64,000 bases of DNA from Novakomyces olei (lineage: Eukaryota), in the NCBI GenBank assembly GCA_016906335.1, contig JADEYG010000005.1, positions 62,001 through 126,000 of the forward strand, read 5' to 3'. Below, in pieces: positions 37,440 through 48,183 of the stretch (its first letter is position 1; each line of letters starts with the position of its first letter). The position numbers were made by a program, and so were the translations under genes. The notes under the pieces are model-generated. The model saw only the letters and a program-made list of their open reading frames with translations, was not told the origin of the DNA and searched no databases.

Positions 37440-39137
37440 ATGCCGATTCTCAAAGCGCGCAAGGCGGTGGCCTTTCAGGTCCAAAAAGGCCAAACTGTCA
37501 CGGTGGTGAACACCTTTGGCAAACAGGTAGTGGACTTTTTCGCATTCAATCCTCAAGACCCACATGACTACCTGTCCATGGTCCACTGCCGAACCATTCT
37601 CTTGAAGGTCTCTCTGAGCAAAGGCGACAAACTGTACTCCACACGTCGAAAGCCGATGCTTACACTGGTCGAGGATACAACACGAGGAGTCCATGACATG
37701 ATCTGGTCTGCTTGTGATCCGGAGCGGTACCATATGCAGGGCTTTCAGGGCTACCACGATAACTGTACAGACAACATGCACAAGGTGAGTGGTTTGGTGT
37801 TTTGCTGATAGTGCGGATCGCTGACGTCAGGCGTTGAATGAATATTTCCCGAATTTCAAAATTGCCGACGACTGGGTCCCCGATCCCTTGAACTTGTTTA
37901 TGAATGTTGCCATTGATCACCATGGCGGGTTGAACGTGAAAACTCCGACTAGCGAAAAGGGCGAATATGTCACGCTTCGGGCGGAGACTGATTTGATCAT
38001 TGTCATGAGCTCTTGTCCACAGGACATTGAACAAGTAAATGGAGGCGAACCAACTGACTGCGAATATACTGTCTCTGGAGGAAGCTCTCAAATCGCACCT
38101 GTGGTTAAAGCCAAAAGAGTTCCACGAGTCAAAATTTCGTTTTCCGTTGATTTTGATGGAGTTTCTCACTGGCTTGGAACTGGCTGCCATCCGGATAATA
38201 ATATGGCCGATTATAGCTCCGGTATATTTTCCGGCCAAGTTGGAGTGTACCGCCTTTTGGCACTGTTTAAAAAACATGCTATAGCGAATAAGGTGACATG
38301 GTTTGTCCCTGGTCATACGACAGAAACTTTCCCTGACGCAGCTCGGGCAGTTCTCGAATCGGGAGCGGAAATCGGTCTTCACGGATACTCACACGAGGGA
38401 ATCTATCAGATGACAGAAGAGCAGGAAAAAGAAGTTCTTTTGAAATGGTAGGTTGGCCCGAGAAGAATACGCTTTGACACGAACGATAAAGATACGGGAA
38501 TCGTGCCAACAAAATAAATTTCTGCTGCTAACAATATAGTATTGACGTTGCTACCAAACTGGTCGGTAAAAAGCCAAGGGGCTACAGAGCTCCTATGTAT
38601 ACGATTCGGGAAACTACAGTTAAGTTGTTGAGAGAGCACGAGCTCTTGTACGATTCGTCTCTGGCTCATCATGACTCACAGCCATATTTTACGCCAAACG
38701 ATCCGCCAATTAAACCAATCGATTTCTCTCAGCCAGCTTCGTCCTGGCTTAAGCCCTCTGAGATTGCCTCCCAAGAGTACCCGAAAGATCAGCATCCTTT
38801 GGTAGAGCTTCCCTGTGGCTGGTACAACGAGGACATGATGCCGCTGCAGTACCTTCCACATCTCGCGAACAGTATGGGATACATCCCAACACGCTCTGTG
38901 GAGCAAATGTGGAAAGACAAATTCATGTGGCTATGGAATAACGGCAAAGAGGGTTCAGAGTTTGCGGATTTCGTTTTCCCGGTTCTAATTCACCCTGATA
39001 CCAGCGGAATGGCTCACATTATTGGGATGATTGATAGATTCGTGGGCTGGTTGAAGAGTTTTGGTGAATCTGTAGAGTTTTGCACTCACGAAGATATCGC
39101 CAGAGGTTGGTTGAAGGCGCAGACTCAACGCTCATAG
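37440..39137 (+). CDS. Fusion protein: N-terminal DUF1989 (urea-carboxylase-associated / Tdm-type) domain plus C-terminal CE4 NodB-homology deacetylase (HpPgdA/PuuE-like); introns 37785-37830 and 38448-38539
   Basis: DUF1989: GKQVVDF, HDMIWSAC, HDNCTDN, PDPLNLFMN, SSCPQD. CE4: SVDFDG, TWFVPGH, EIGLHGYSHE, GYRAP, YDSSL, IHPD. The domain junction lies inside one open exon. Confidence 0.85.
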
Positions 39138-39540
39138 CAAAAATAAAGTCAAAATCGCTATAATTATGAAAAGTGAAGTAGTGCAGCTTAGTCGAATTTG
39201 AGTTTAATACATGAACGCGACACTCAAACTCGTTATAGAGATTGCAAGGTCAAATGGTTAGCAAGCGCGCAACGGCAGTTTACTGTGTTATAAGCATTGC
39301 CTAAAAATACAATAACTATTATAGATCTAGTGTCGCACAGCACTCAGCACGCAAATGAAAGTTTGTCCATGTTTATCGAGTCCAGATCCTGTTCTACCTT
39401 TACTTTTGCTCACACTAACGCAAATGTTTTCCGAGTGGGGTACATCTACTTTTTGGCCAAAATCTCGAAGTAGCAAATTGTGGAGACTCTTAAAATATAT
39501 TGGTCAAATAGACAAAATTAAATAAGAACGGAAAAAGCGT

Positions 39541-40668
39541 TCAGTCACCTCCAACACTACTCAAAAGCTCGGCGGACGGCATGAAGAAAACTGTTCCTGT
39601 TAACGGAGTCGAGAAGTCAAGAATTCGATCGTGGGATCCTGGAGGGTCACCGACAAACATGCGCTCCAGCATTTTTTCCGTTACCCAGAGTCGGGCCGAG
39701 TAGCCAATGAAATAAGTACCAAACACTCCATGGCCTGGCGACCCAAAAGGCATATTATCGCGTACGATATCAAACTCCTCCCCTTGTTCGTTTTGTACAG
39801 TAGCCAGAGTTTTGTGTGATTTTTGTTCGTTAGCCTTTGCATCACCGAGCTCTACGTTATCAAATTTCCGTCTGCCGATAATTCTCTCCTGTGCCTCTGT
39901 TGGAAGTTTGTTCCAGGCATCCAAAGCATGCACGTATTTTTGTACAACACAATAGGTCCCACTGGAGGCAGCTTTATCCAGCTCCTGTGTGACTAGTACC
40001 GTCTCTGGAACTGCGGGTCCGACAGGATTAGCAGTACCATCTACAAAGCCGAGGAGATCGCGAGCATCAAAGTAGCGAAACCCCTGTGTCTCATCCACGA
40101 CTTTTACTGAAGCCGCTAATGACTCCAAGATCAATCGCTCGAGTTCAAAACAAAGATCCTGGCGATCAGCCCTGATATGGAAAAGAAGATCGCCCGGCGT
40201 TGAAGGCGCTGTATGCTTATTGCCTTTAATCTCTCGGAAAGAGTGCAATTCTTTCGGCCGCTGGCAACCCTTCATAACAGAATCCCACGCATCACTGCCA
40301 ATGCCGACAGCACAAGACAATTTGGCATCGGCATCGCGAAAGCTGACATTTTTAACCAAATCTGCAATGCCGCTGACACAGTCACGTACGCTTTCAGCCG
40401 CGTCCGGTGCCTTTGTGATTTCACATACTAAAAAGGTGGCAAATGATGTGAGCGGGAGATCTACTGCCGGCTGCGGTGATGCTGAGGCTGCCATGTGACA
40501 ACTGCTGTCCACGAATGATCGTTTAATTGGCGGCCTGAAAGCTGATTTGCTGCGTAAGCCTTGCTGCTGTAATGGGCGAAGCGGTACAGTGCTGTAGACT
40601 CTGCGAATCTGACCCTTTGAATGAATGCTAAACACCGTTCTCGCACGGATCGCTGACAAATTGATCAT
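39541..40668 (-). CDS. Dye-decolorizing peroxidase (DyP), bacterial class B/DypB-like, intronless, with a basic N-terminal extension
   Basis: STPGDLLFHIRA, RDLLGFVDGTANP (GxxDG distal Asp), QKYVH, KSHKTL (proximal His), IVRDNMPFG (distal Arg), GTYFIGY, DRILDFS. Confidence 0.9.
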   Translation of the reverse strand: MINLSAIRARTVFSIHSKGQIRRVYSTVPLRPLQQQGLRSKSAFRPPIKRSFVDSSCHMAASASPQPAVDLPLTSFATFLVCEITKAPDAAESVRDCVSGIADLVKNVSFRDADAKLSCAVGIGSDAWDSVMKGCQRPKELHSFREIKGNKHTAPSTPGDLLFHIRADRQDLCFELERLILESLAASVKVVDETQGFRYFDARDLLGFVDGTANPVGPAVPETVLVTQELDKAASSGTYCVVQKYVHALDAWNKLPTEAQERIIGRRKFDNVELGDAKANEQKSHKTLATVQNEQGEEFDIVRDNMPFGSPGHGVFGTYFIGYSARLWVTEKMLERMFVGDPPGSHDRILDFSTPLTGTVFFMPSAELLSSVGGD

Positions 40669-41026
40669 AAGACGTTGGCAGACACGGAGCGAGCAATGAT
40701 CAGTGCCGTTTAAATTTATACGCTACCCCATTGGTCGGCTGGCGATCTTCTATAAATGTTGGCAACTAGTTTATATGTAAGAGGGAAGCGTAACCGACAA
40801 GCAATCGCTACCGCCGGGATTGCTTGTTCGTTATACGCGCTCTAATCTATAATCGATCGGCCTAATTAGCAGTCAGCCTTAAACCAGAGTCAATCTTAAA
40901 GCTGGTTTAGCATGACGATTACCTATAAACTATTTCAATGCAAGCAGTGTACGTGTAATAATCTCGTATACGCATAGATTATTTCCAAGCTCTGGCGTGA
41001 AAGAAACGGGCAACGCAGTACCGCCT

Positions 41027-42892
41027 CTAGTAGCCCAGGCCACCGCGGGCGCCGACGTAATCAACAAGGTCAAAAAGACTCTTCTTATAATGCCTTTCCA
41101 TGGTGGTAAGATTGACAGTTTGCATGCCAAAGTGGGAATCATAGTCACCAAACTCCCAATTGTCCATAAAACTCCAGGCAAATGCGCCGGCCACGTGAAC
41201 GCCATCCTCCCAAATCGCTTTCAAAAGTTCAGACATGAAGGATAGGTAGTACTGGCTGCGTGGGGTATCAAACAGCTGGTCAGGCAGCTCTTTATCTACT
41301 TCGCCAAACACGGGGAATCCGAATTCGGAAACGATAATGGGAGTCTCAAACGTGTTCCAGAGATAAGACAGGTATTCCCGGAGATACGTGGGCGTGTTGT
41401 ATACGTACGAGTAGGAGCGATATCCAATGTTCCAACCAAAACTATTTGTCCACTCCTGTACCACACAGTACGGATACAGTGGGTTAACACTAGCATTTTG
41501 TTGCACACAGGCCTCAATGCCCTCAGCGGGCACATACACGGACGTAGCAGTATAGGCATCAATACCGAAAAAGTCGGTAGTGTTGCCAATGTACGCCAGT
41601 TCCTCCGCGCTCAGAGGTTTGGCCCCCGGCAAAGTTGTCAGCAAGGCGTCCGGATACTGCTGACCTAGGCAAATGGGGTAGGCAAACCCACCGAGTTGCA
41701 TGTCGTTAAACCTTTTGGCCGCAGCAACTTCCGTTTCGTTGTCGGGGTGTTTGGGCACAGCAAAATTGTCGTTCAACTTGAATCCAACTTGTCCAGTGCC
41801 ACACAGGGTGTCGTGATAGTAATGGTAAAGAATTGCGTGGGCATGAACAACGTTATCGATACCGGCAAAGTCGTACGAGTAAAGCAGAGGCTCGTTTATC
41901 GTTACCCAATAAGGTACACGGTCGGCAAAGTGGGTGAACAGAATCTTGCCATAATGGACAAAAGCTTCAATGAAATCCGGGTGGTGGTAGCCACCATTGG
42001 CATTTCCAATTGGTGGAATGGCTGTAATGTTTTCATTTTGAACGAAATAAAGCGGTGTGTCGAAATGCAGCATGGAAACAACCGGGACCATCCCCACCTG
42101 CAAAACGTAATCGATCAAGTCCTGATAGTGTTGAATACCCTGCTGGTTGATTGGTGTTCCCGGAAGGGTAAAGGGGAGAATGCGTGACCACGAAATTGAG
42201 AAACTGTAATATTTTATGCCCATCGCCGCCAGACGGTTGATGTCCTGCTTGTACAAGTAGTAGCTTTCCGTGCCCACGTAATCCTTAGCACGGGAATCAG
42301 GTATAAGTTTTTCCATGATAGAAGGTCCACGGCCTTCCAAACCAATTGCTCCCTCAATTTGAGCAGCAGATCCAGCCACACCAAACAAAAAGTCTGGGGG
42401 GAAAGTGTAATTGTCAGTAGGGCCAAAGTAATCAGCTGGCGGAAGTATCAATTCGCTGGACGGGACTGGAGTTGGTGCAACCGTAGCTGAGTAAATCCCA
42501 GCTTGCGTATAGTTGATTAGCTTTGCATTTTGCCAAAGCGAAGACCAGGCTGCCTGGCCGTAAGGGTCAGCCCAATCTTGAGCAGTGATTTGTGTCTGGT
42601 TGGGCAGCCATGATCCATAGGTGGTCGTTATCAATGGGAAGTCGAGGCATTGCTTAGCTTCATCGTACGAAGCTGCGTACGTGGGCGTAGCGGTGGCCGG
42701 GGGAATCGATGATGCATAGCGAACAGTATCGCTTAACGAATACGAAAAGGGTTTGTGGTAGTACGTGGGACAGGCAGTAGCCCTCACACGGTCCGCCGTT
42801 GTTGTGACATAGATCTCTTGCGCCTGTGCCAGGGCAGCCAAGAATAAAATTAATATCATTTTTAACATCTCACAGAACCGAAAGCTCGACAT
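41027..42892 (-). CDS. Secreted glycoside hydrolase family 1 (beta-glucosidase/beta-hexosidase) with a long Thr/Pro-rich N-terminal extension, intronless
   Basis: Signal-like MILILFLAALAQA; FGVAGSAAQIEG, FSISWSRI, TINEP (acid/base Glu), VSEFG (nucleophile Glu), WSFMDNWEF. Confidence 0.9.
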   Translation of the reverse strand: MSSFRFCEMLKMILILFLAALAQAQEIYVTTTADRVRATACPTYYHKPFSYSLSDTVRYASSIPPATATPTYAASYDEAKQCLDFPLITTTYGSWLPNQTQITAQDWADPYGQAAWSSLWQNAKLINYTQAGIYSATVAPTPVPSSELILPPADYFGPTDNYTFPPDFLFGVAGSAAQIEGAIGLEGRGPSIMEKLIPDSRAKDYVGTESYYLYKQDINRLAAMGIKYYSFSISWSRILPFTLPGTPINQQGIQHYQDLIDYVLQVGMVPVVSMLHFDTPLYFVQNENITAIPPIGNANGGYHHPDFIEAFVHYGKILFTHFADRVPYWVTINEPLLYSYDFAGIDNVVHAHAILYHYYHDTLCGTGQVGFKLNDNFAVPKHPDNETEVAAAKRFNDMQLGGFAYPICLGQQYPDALLTTLPGAKPLSAEELAYIGNTTDFFGIDAYTATSVYVPAEGIEACVQQNASVNPLYPYCVVQEWTNSFGWNIGYRSYSYVYNTPTYLREYLSYLWNTFETPIIVSEFGFPVFGEVDKELPDQLFDTPRSQYYLSFMSELLKAIWEDGVHVAGAFAWSFMDNWEFGDYDSHFGMQTVNLTTMERHYKKSLFDLVDYVGARGGLGY

Positions 42893-43976
42893 TAGAACTT
42901 GAGCTGGTTTTGGTACCAGAAGTTTATTTTAATTTTTATTTGTTCCCCCTCTTTCTGTATGATTAACCCGCTGCTGCTTTTTTAGTTTTCCTCCCGGTCG
43001 GCTCTCGTCTATTTATTTATAGGCTGATTAAATCCGTTTAAATTCCATTCGTGTTTCTCCATTGCATACGACAAAAGACCATTCTCAATTGTTCCTATTG
43101 CAGCTGCAAAATTTTCGCTTAGAGTGACTGCCTCGCATGTGTTTCCTAGCTGAATGCCGTGTTTGCCAATCGATTGTGGTACTTCAACCGCTGCTCCCAC
43201 CCAACGCTTTCCTTTTTGGGATTGCGGGGATAATAATATTAAATCGCAACAATTTTTCATTCTAGTACTTAAGCCCACATTCAAGTAATCCCATATTTAG
43301 AACGAAACTGTCGCACCCCAAGAATGATAATTAAATCGTTCGAACGCTTTGGGATCCAGCTTCCATCGCTTTTCCAAACGGAGAAATATTTTTTTCTACA
43401 GGATATAATCGGCGTCCGAGGGAAACCATCAGATGTAAAGTAGATAATATTAAGCGAGCGATGCTATAATGTATGCGGGCGTGTTATCGGCAGTTGCGTA
43501 CCGTTTATAGCAAAAACGTGAGGTACCAATAACAAAAAACAAAAATAGACAATGATGCATCATTCCTGACCCCGCATCAAGGAACATATATTTGTAATCA
43601 AAAATATTTGCTTTAGCAATTGCTTTGAGGTGATAGTCGGTCAAAATTATACCGATTAAGGCCGCAATAGTTGCATTGTTTGTTGACGCCGTTGTATACT
43701 CCGAAAACATCGGTCGTAAAACAATGCAAAGACCAGCCTATTTGAAGTTTGATGTGTAAAATGCTCATTGCAGCAATCTTTTGCTACTCGTAAGCCTATT
43801 TTCTATATGAGAAGTTAAACAGGTCCCTCAAAAAGAAACATTGGAGGCTATTAAGCGTTAACGCTGAGAATCTGTCGTTTAGTTACTCGGAAAAATACAA
43901 GCACTATATTAAAGGAGGAGAATCTATACGGAGAATAAACCTAATAATAACCTACAGCAAGACAACAAGTTATGCC

Positions 43977-45833
43977 CTAAAATTTGTCAGTCTTTGGATC
44001 GACCGTAACTTGGACGACTTGACCGTCAATATAATCTTGCTCATAGCCTTGCTGAAGTGATTCCTGGTGCGGAAAGATATGGCACAACAAAGTGTACAGT
44101 CCGCCCCCAACCGCAATTCCTACGAGGTAATTCAAGTCATAAATATACTGTGCTCCGCCTATATTGACATTGGGGTTGACGCTATTGATGAGGCCCGGCA
44201 TGTTGAGCGCAATTGCAGAGACCAGTGCAATGACAGCACGGAAATTGGTGCCTTTGTAATAACGATAGCATCCCCTCGGATCATAGAGAGCCGGCACATT
44301 AATTTTACCCCGTTTCACAAAGTAATAATCTGCAATACAAATTCCAGAAATAGGAGCAAGAAATATGGCGAGAGCAGATATGAAAGTGACAAGCTGCGGC
44401 GCACTACCAGAAATTTTCCAGGGGACCATGACCCAGCCGCCTACGATTGTGCCAATCAGCGCAGAGCGGCGAATATTCAAATAAGATGGGTAAAGCGTCG
44501 ACAGGTCGTTGGCAATGGAAATTACGTTGGCGGACATGTTTATACCAATCTGTGCAGCACAAAAGGAAATGCCACAGAAAAAAGCAGCAGCCCGTCCTGC
44601 AGGACTTGTCCAGTGGCTCAAAAGCTCTGCAGGACTCCAAATAAAAGTCCCGTACAGCACTCGGCCAGCACTACAGGCAATCATGCCCATTGTACCGATG
44701 TAAACTCCCATTATTGGTAAGCACGCAGCTTGTAATACCTGGCTTTTCGGTTTTGCAACGTAGCGGGAAACATCTGCGATATTGGTCGCCATTGTCGCCC
44801 ATCCACAGGTTGTCTCAAATACCATATAAACCGTCATCCATCTTCTTTCTGCTCCTTGAACAGTGGCGCTTTGATGAAACATTTCACCAGAACTTCCAGC
44901 CCTCACTGTCATACCAATAACAATCCCAATCGTGGTAGCTAGCATCATAACGGTTTTGGCATGGAAGAACCATCGCATCTTGTGTGGAGGGATAAGAACA
45001 AATGGCAGTTGTATTGTCCAAAAGATGAAATGAGCAACTAGTGTTTTCGAATCCACATCCTGGCTCGCAGGTACAGGGTTGTTTATGTGTCGGAACGACG
45101 GCCATATGGCAGCAATTACCTCCACCATGACTTGTGAGCCACTGTACGTTTGTAATGCATGCCAAAATATGGCAGTAACTGTTTGTTAGGCGCGTGCGCG
45201 ATTGACAATGGTATAAATGAGCAGGCATAGCGGAATCATAAGCGGAGAATAGTTAGATTTGCGCATTCTGCGTTGAACGACAAGTATTGAAATTTCGATT
45301 CGTAGTCATAAAAGACGTAAATTGGAAGTTTAAACTTACTTATTCGAATGATGACAACTACACGTGCAAAATAATACCCGAAACTGCTGCGGGCTTGGAC
45401 TGGGAAGGGAATACGTAGCTGAGCACCGATGTAACCATTAAGCACGACCGGGACGGCAATGAAAGCATCGCCAATGGCAGTGCAGTAGAGAGCCTCGCGA
45501 AAAGTCAAGCCCACCTGAAAATTGGTTAGTTTTGTCTTTGCTCGATCGTGGTAGATGGGTATAATTTCAAAAGGTTCTTGCACTTGATTATAGAATGAAT
45601 TGCGATACCCCAATAATAGTAGACATGGACTCCCATCCTTGAATAGACAGAATATCACTAAACCAGTAGGCAACAACTGTATACGGTTGCCATGTTTGTC
45701 GTTCTTTTGGCGTTGGATCAATATCGATATTAGTTTTGACATACGCGGGCGCTACAGCGCTCGGCTCTGTCTGCAGCTCCCAGGCGCGCACGCTGGTCAG
45801 CCGCCGCTTTAATTCCTTTTTGCTCCACAACAT
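43977..45833 (-). CDS. NCS1 nucleobase:cation symporter (Fur4/Dal4-type uracil/allantoin permease family), 3 exons
   Basis: NIDIDPTP, PFPVQARSSFG, ATNIADVSRY, NMSANVIS, PSYLNIRR, PWKI, FLAPISGICIADYY, NFRA. Confidence 0.88.
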
Positions 45834-46818
45834 ATCTCTTTTGGTCGGAAGCACCGAGTCTGATCTTGATTTATATAGAATCCTCCTCCTGGTTATTTCA
45901 TAATCCTATTTATCTCAAGCCTCGCAGAATACTAAATTTATACGCCAGAAGATTCATCATCGGATAACCATCGCGCTTAAGCCAATCGGGTAATTTGACA
46001 GCTCTAGCAGATAAAGATAACCCACGCCGACGGAGTGGGGCGATATAGATAGGGTTTATTTCTTAGGGTTTTTTGGAGATAAAGAGGGCTTCATCGTGGA
46101 AGAAGCATATTTTAAGGGGCGGAATATTATGAGTAGAATATTATGGAGTAGAAGAAATAAAAAAAGGAGACGATCAAATTTTGAGCCTCGTTTTGTATTA
46201 CCAGGAGGTGCTTCAAATGAGCAACAACGAGCAAACGGTAAATTGAGCAGTACGAGAATTGAATACTCTGAATGCATTTAGTTTGGCAATTTTGTATTAT
46301 CAAACTTTACGTTATCGTCAAAATTTCACGACTTGTTTATCTCAGGTACTAGACACGTGTAACCCCGTCGGCTATCCAGTCATTCGTCTATAACACAAAC
46401 GGTTAGACAAGTCACATAGAGCGCCTATTATGTGAACGACTGCAGGGTTAAAATTAAGATTAAGCCATCCAGAACTACAAGGTCATTTCTCCTGTTTATT
46501 GTTGTTCGTAGGACAAATGAGGGAAAAAATGCATTAAAACCGATTTGTTCAAATTAAACAGCCAAAATGAGATATAAAATTAGACAATCCGCTACTGGTT
46601 TGAATCAATCCGAATAAAAGACTATGGCCACAGCAGTTTATGATATGCCTTACATTAAATTGAGCCTAGACCTGCTCATATCTTATATTTATTATTTGAT
46701 GTTAATCATTGCGAAGCATGTACTGAACAAGATTGGATTGATCCTCGAAATATCACCATCCTGAAGATTCTCAAATAATGCTTAATTAATTAATATCCAT
46801 CTGCTTGGAGATCGAGTC

Positions 46819-47421
46819 TCAGATATCCTTGTCCTGGAGTATTGCGAATAATTTCCCCAAAGCACTATCTAATGCCTTTGTTGATCCGTCAGATTCCCAA
46901 GTCTGAAGAAAAGTGTCAGGCAGCTCATGAGGCGGCGACGGCGTAACTTTTATCTGAAAAGAAGGCATTGGTTCAACAGCTAAAAGTCCCACAGCATGAG
47001 AAATTTGTTTCCAATGCTGAGCGGCCTTTGTTCCGCCGTGGCCACCATAGGTAACGATCACGACTGGTTTGTCTTGCCATTCGTGATACAGCAAATCAAT
47101 TGCATTCTTCCCCACAGCCGGTACAGACCAATTGTATTGAGGCGATACAATGATAAAGCCAGTGCTTGCTTTGACGCGACTTGACCAGTCACGTGTCTCC
47201 TCTTTGATGTAATGTGGAGTCGGATTACTCTTAGGAAGAGCTTGTGGAATATTGGTTTCTTCATAAAAAGGTAAACGGTTCTCTGCCGCCCCGAGATCAA
47301 CAGTTTCTAGCTCAATGTTTAGAGGCTTCAGCGCTTGGGCTGCGTTCAACACATACTTTGTTATTAGAGGTCCTATGCGTTGCGGCCTTCCACTGCAGCT
47401 GATCACGAGGACGCGTCCCAT
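46819..47421 (-). CDS. NADPH-dependent FMN reductase / flavodoxin-like quinone reductase (Lot6-like), intronless
   Basis: SCSGRPQRIG P-loop-like motif, SPQYNWSVPAVGKNAID, TYGGHGG. Confidence 0.85.
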   Translation of the reverse strand: MGRVLVISCSGRPQRIGPLITKYVLNAAQALKPLNIELETVDLGAAENRLPFYEETNIPQALPKSNPTPHYIKEETRDWSSRVKASTGFIIVSPQYNWSVPAVGKNAIDLLYHEWQDKPVVIVTYGGHGGTKAAQHWKQISHAVGLLAVEPMPSFQIKVTPSPPHELPDTFLQTWESDGSTKALDSALGKLFAILQDKDI

Positions 47422-48183
47422 TATAAATCAAATAATAAATGTGCTAGTTATATTATCTGTATTTATATGATCGTTCAAAGGATAAACCAGCGTGATAAAC
47501 CAGCGTAGATTAAAAACATGCCAATTACTTGCATATTTATACGCTGAAAAGGGAGACATTAACCGATAAGGACTCTATCGCCGCTGATAAGGGCCTTTCT
47601 CCGCAATCTATTATGGTAAGGCCGACTGGAAAGCAAGTACTATATTACCAGAATTTCAGCTCAATAAAAATGAATCGAGAGCGGCCAGCAGATTAGTACG
47701 ATTTAAAAAATTGAAATTCAGGTACGTAAAATCATCGTCCAATGGCAAAGCTACCAAGCCAGCTTTACCAGCAAACAAGTAACGTTGAGTGCCAGTGCAC
47801 TTTTGTCGTAACTGGTGTAGAAGGCCGGTGTCGTCACTGCGGAGATGGCTTTGTGAAAAAAGCGATAGTTCATATAGCCGCACCGACTGACGAATTGTAG
47901 ATGATTTTATATTGTGTTGAGACCTAGAATTGTAGAACTTGTATATAGTTACAAAGGAATGATTAGGTTGGCTTCACTGGCTCTAGTTGTCATTCTTCGA
48001 TCTGCCTTTAAAGACTGACAGATTTTCCTATTTATCCTCTGTCTGGTATACTCTTATGCAGAAATGCACTGTATTCTACGAATGCTGATATAATTTGTGT
48101 TTCAAGAACGGATTCATCTTTGTATCGCACTCTTGATGGTATCCGTTTTTTAAGAAGCTATATTAATTTGACCATTACAGTCT

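Noticed and set aside
39541-39600. Encapsulin cargo-loading peptide on the DyP
   Set aside because: The C-terminus ends LLSSVGGD without a GSLxIGSL-type motif, and no encapsulin gene is nearby.
47656-47883. 75-aa ORF at the island/core boundary as a possible gene remnant
   Set aside because: Non-ATG start, no recognisable similarity, and no flanking repeats marking an insertion site.
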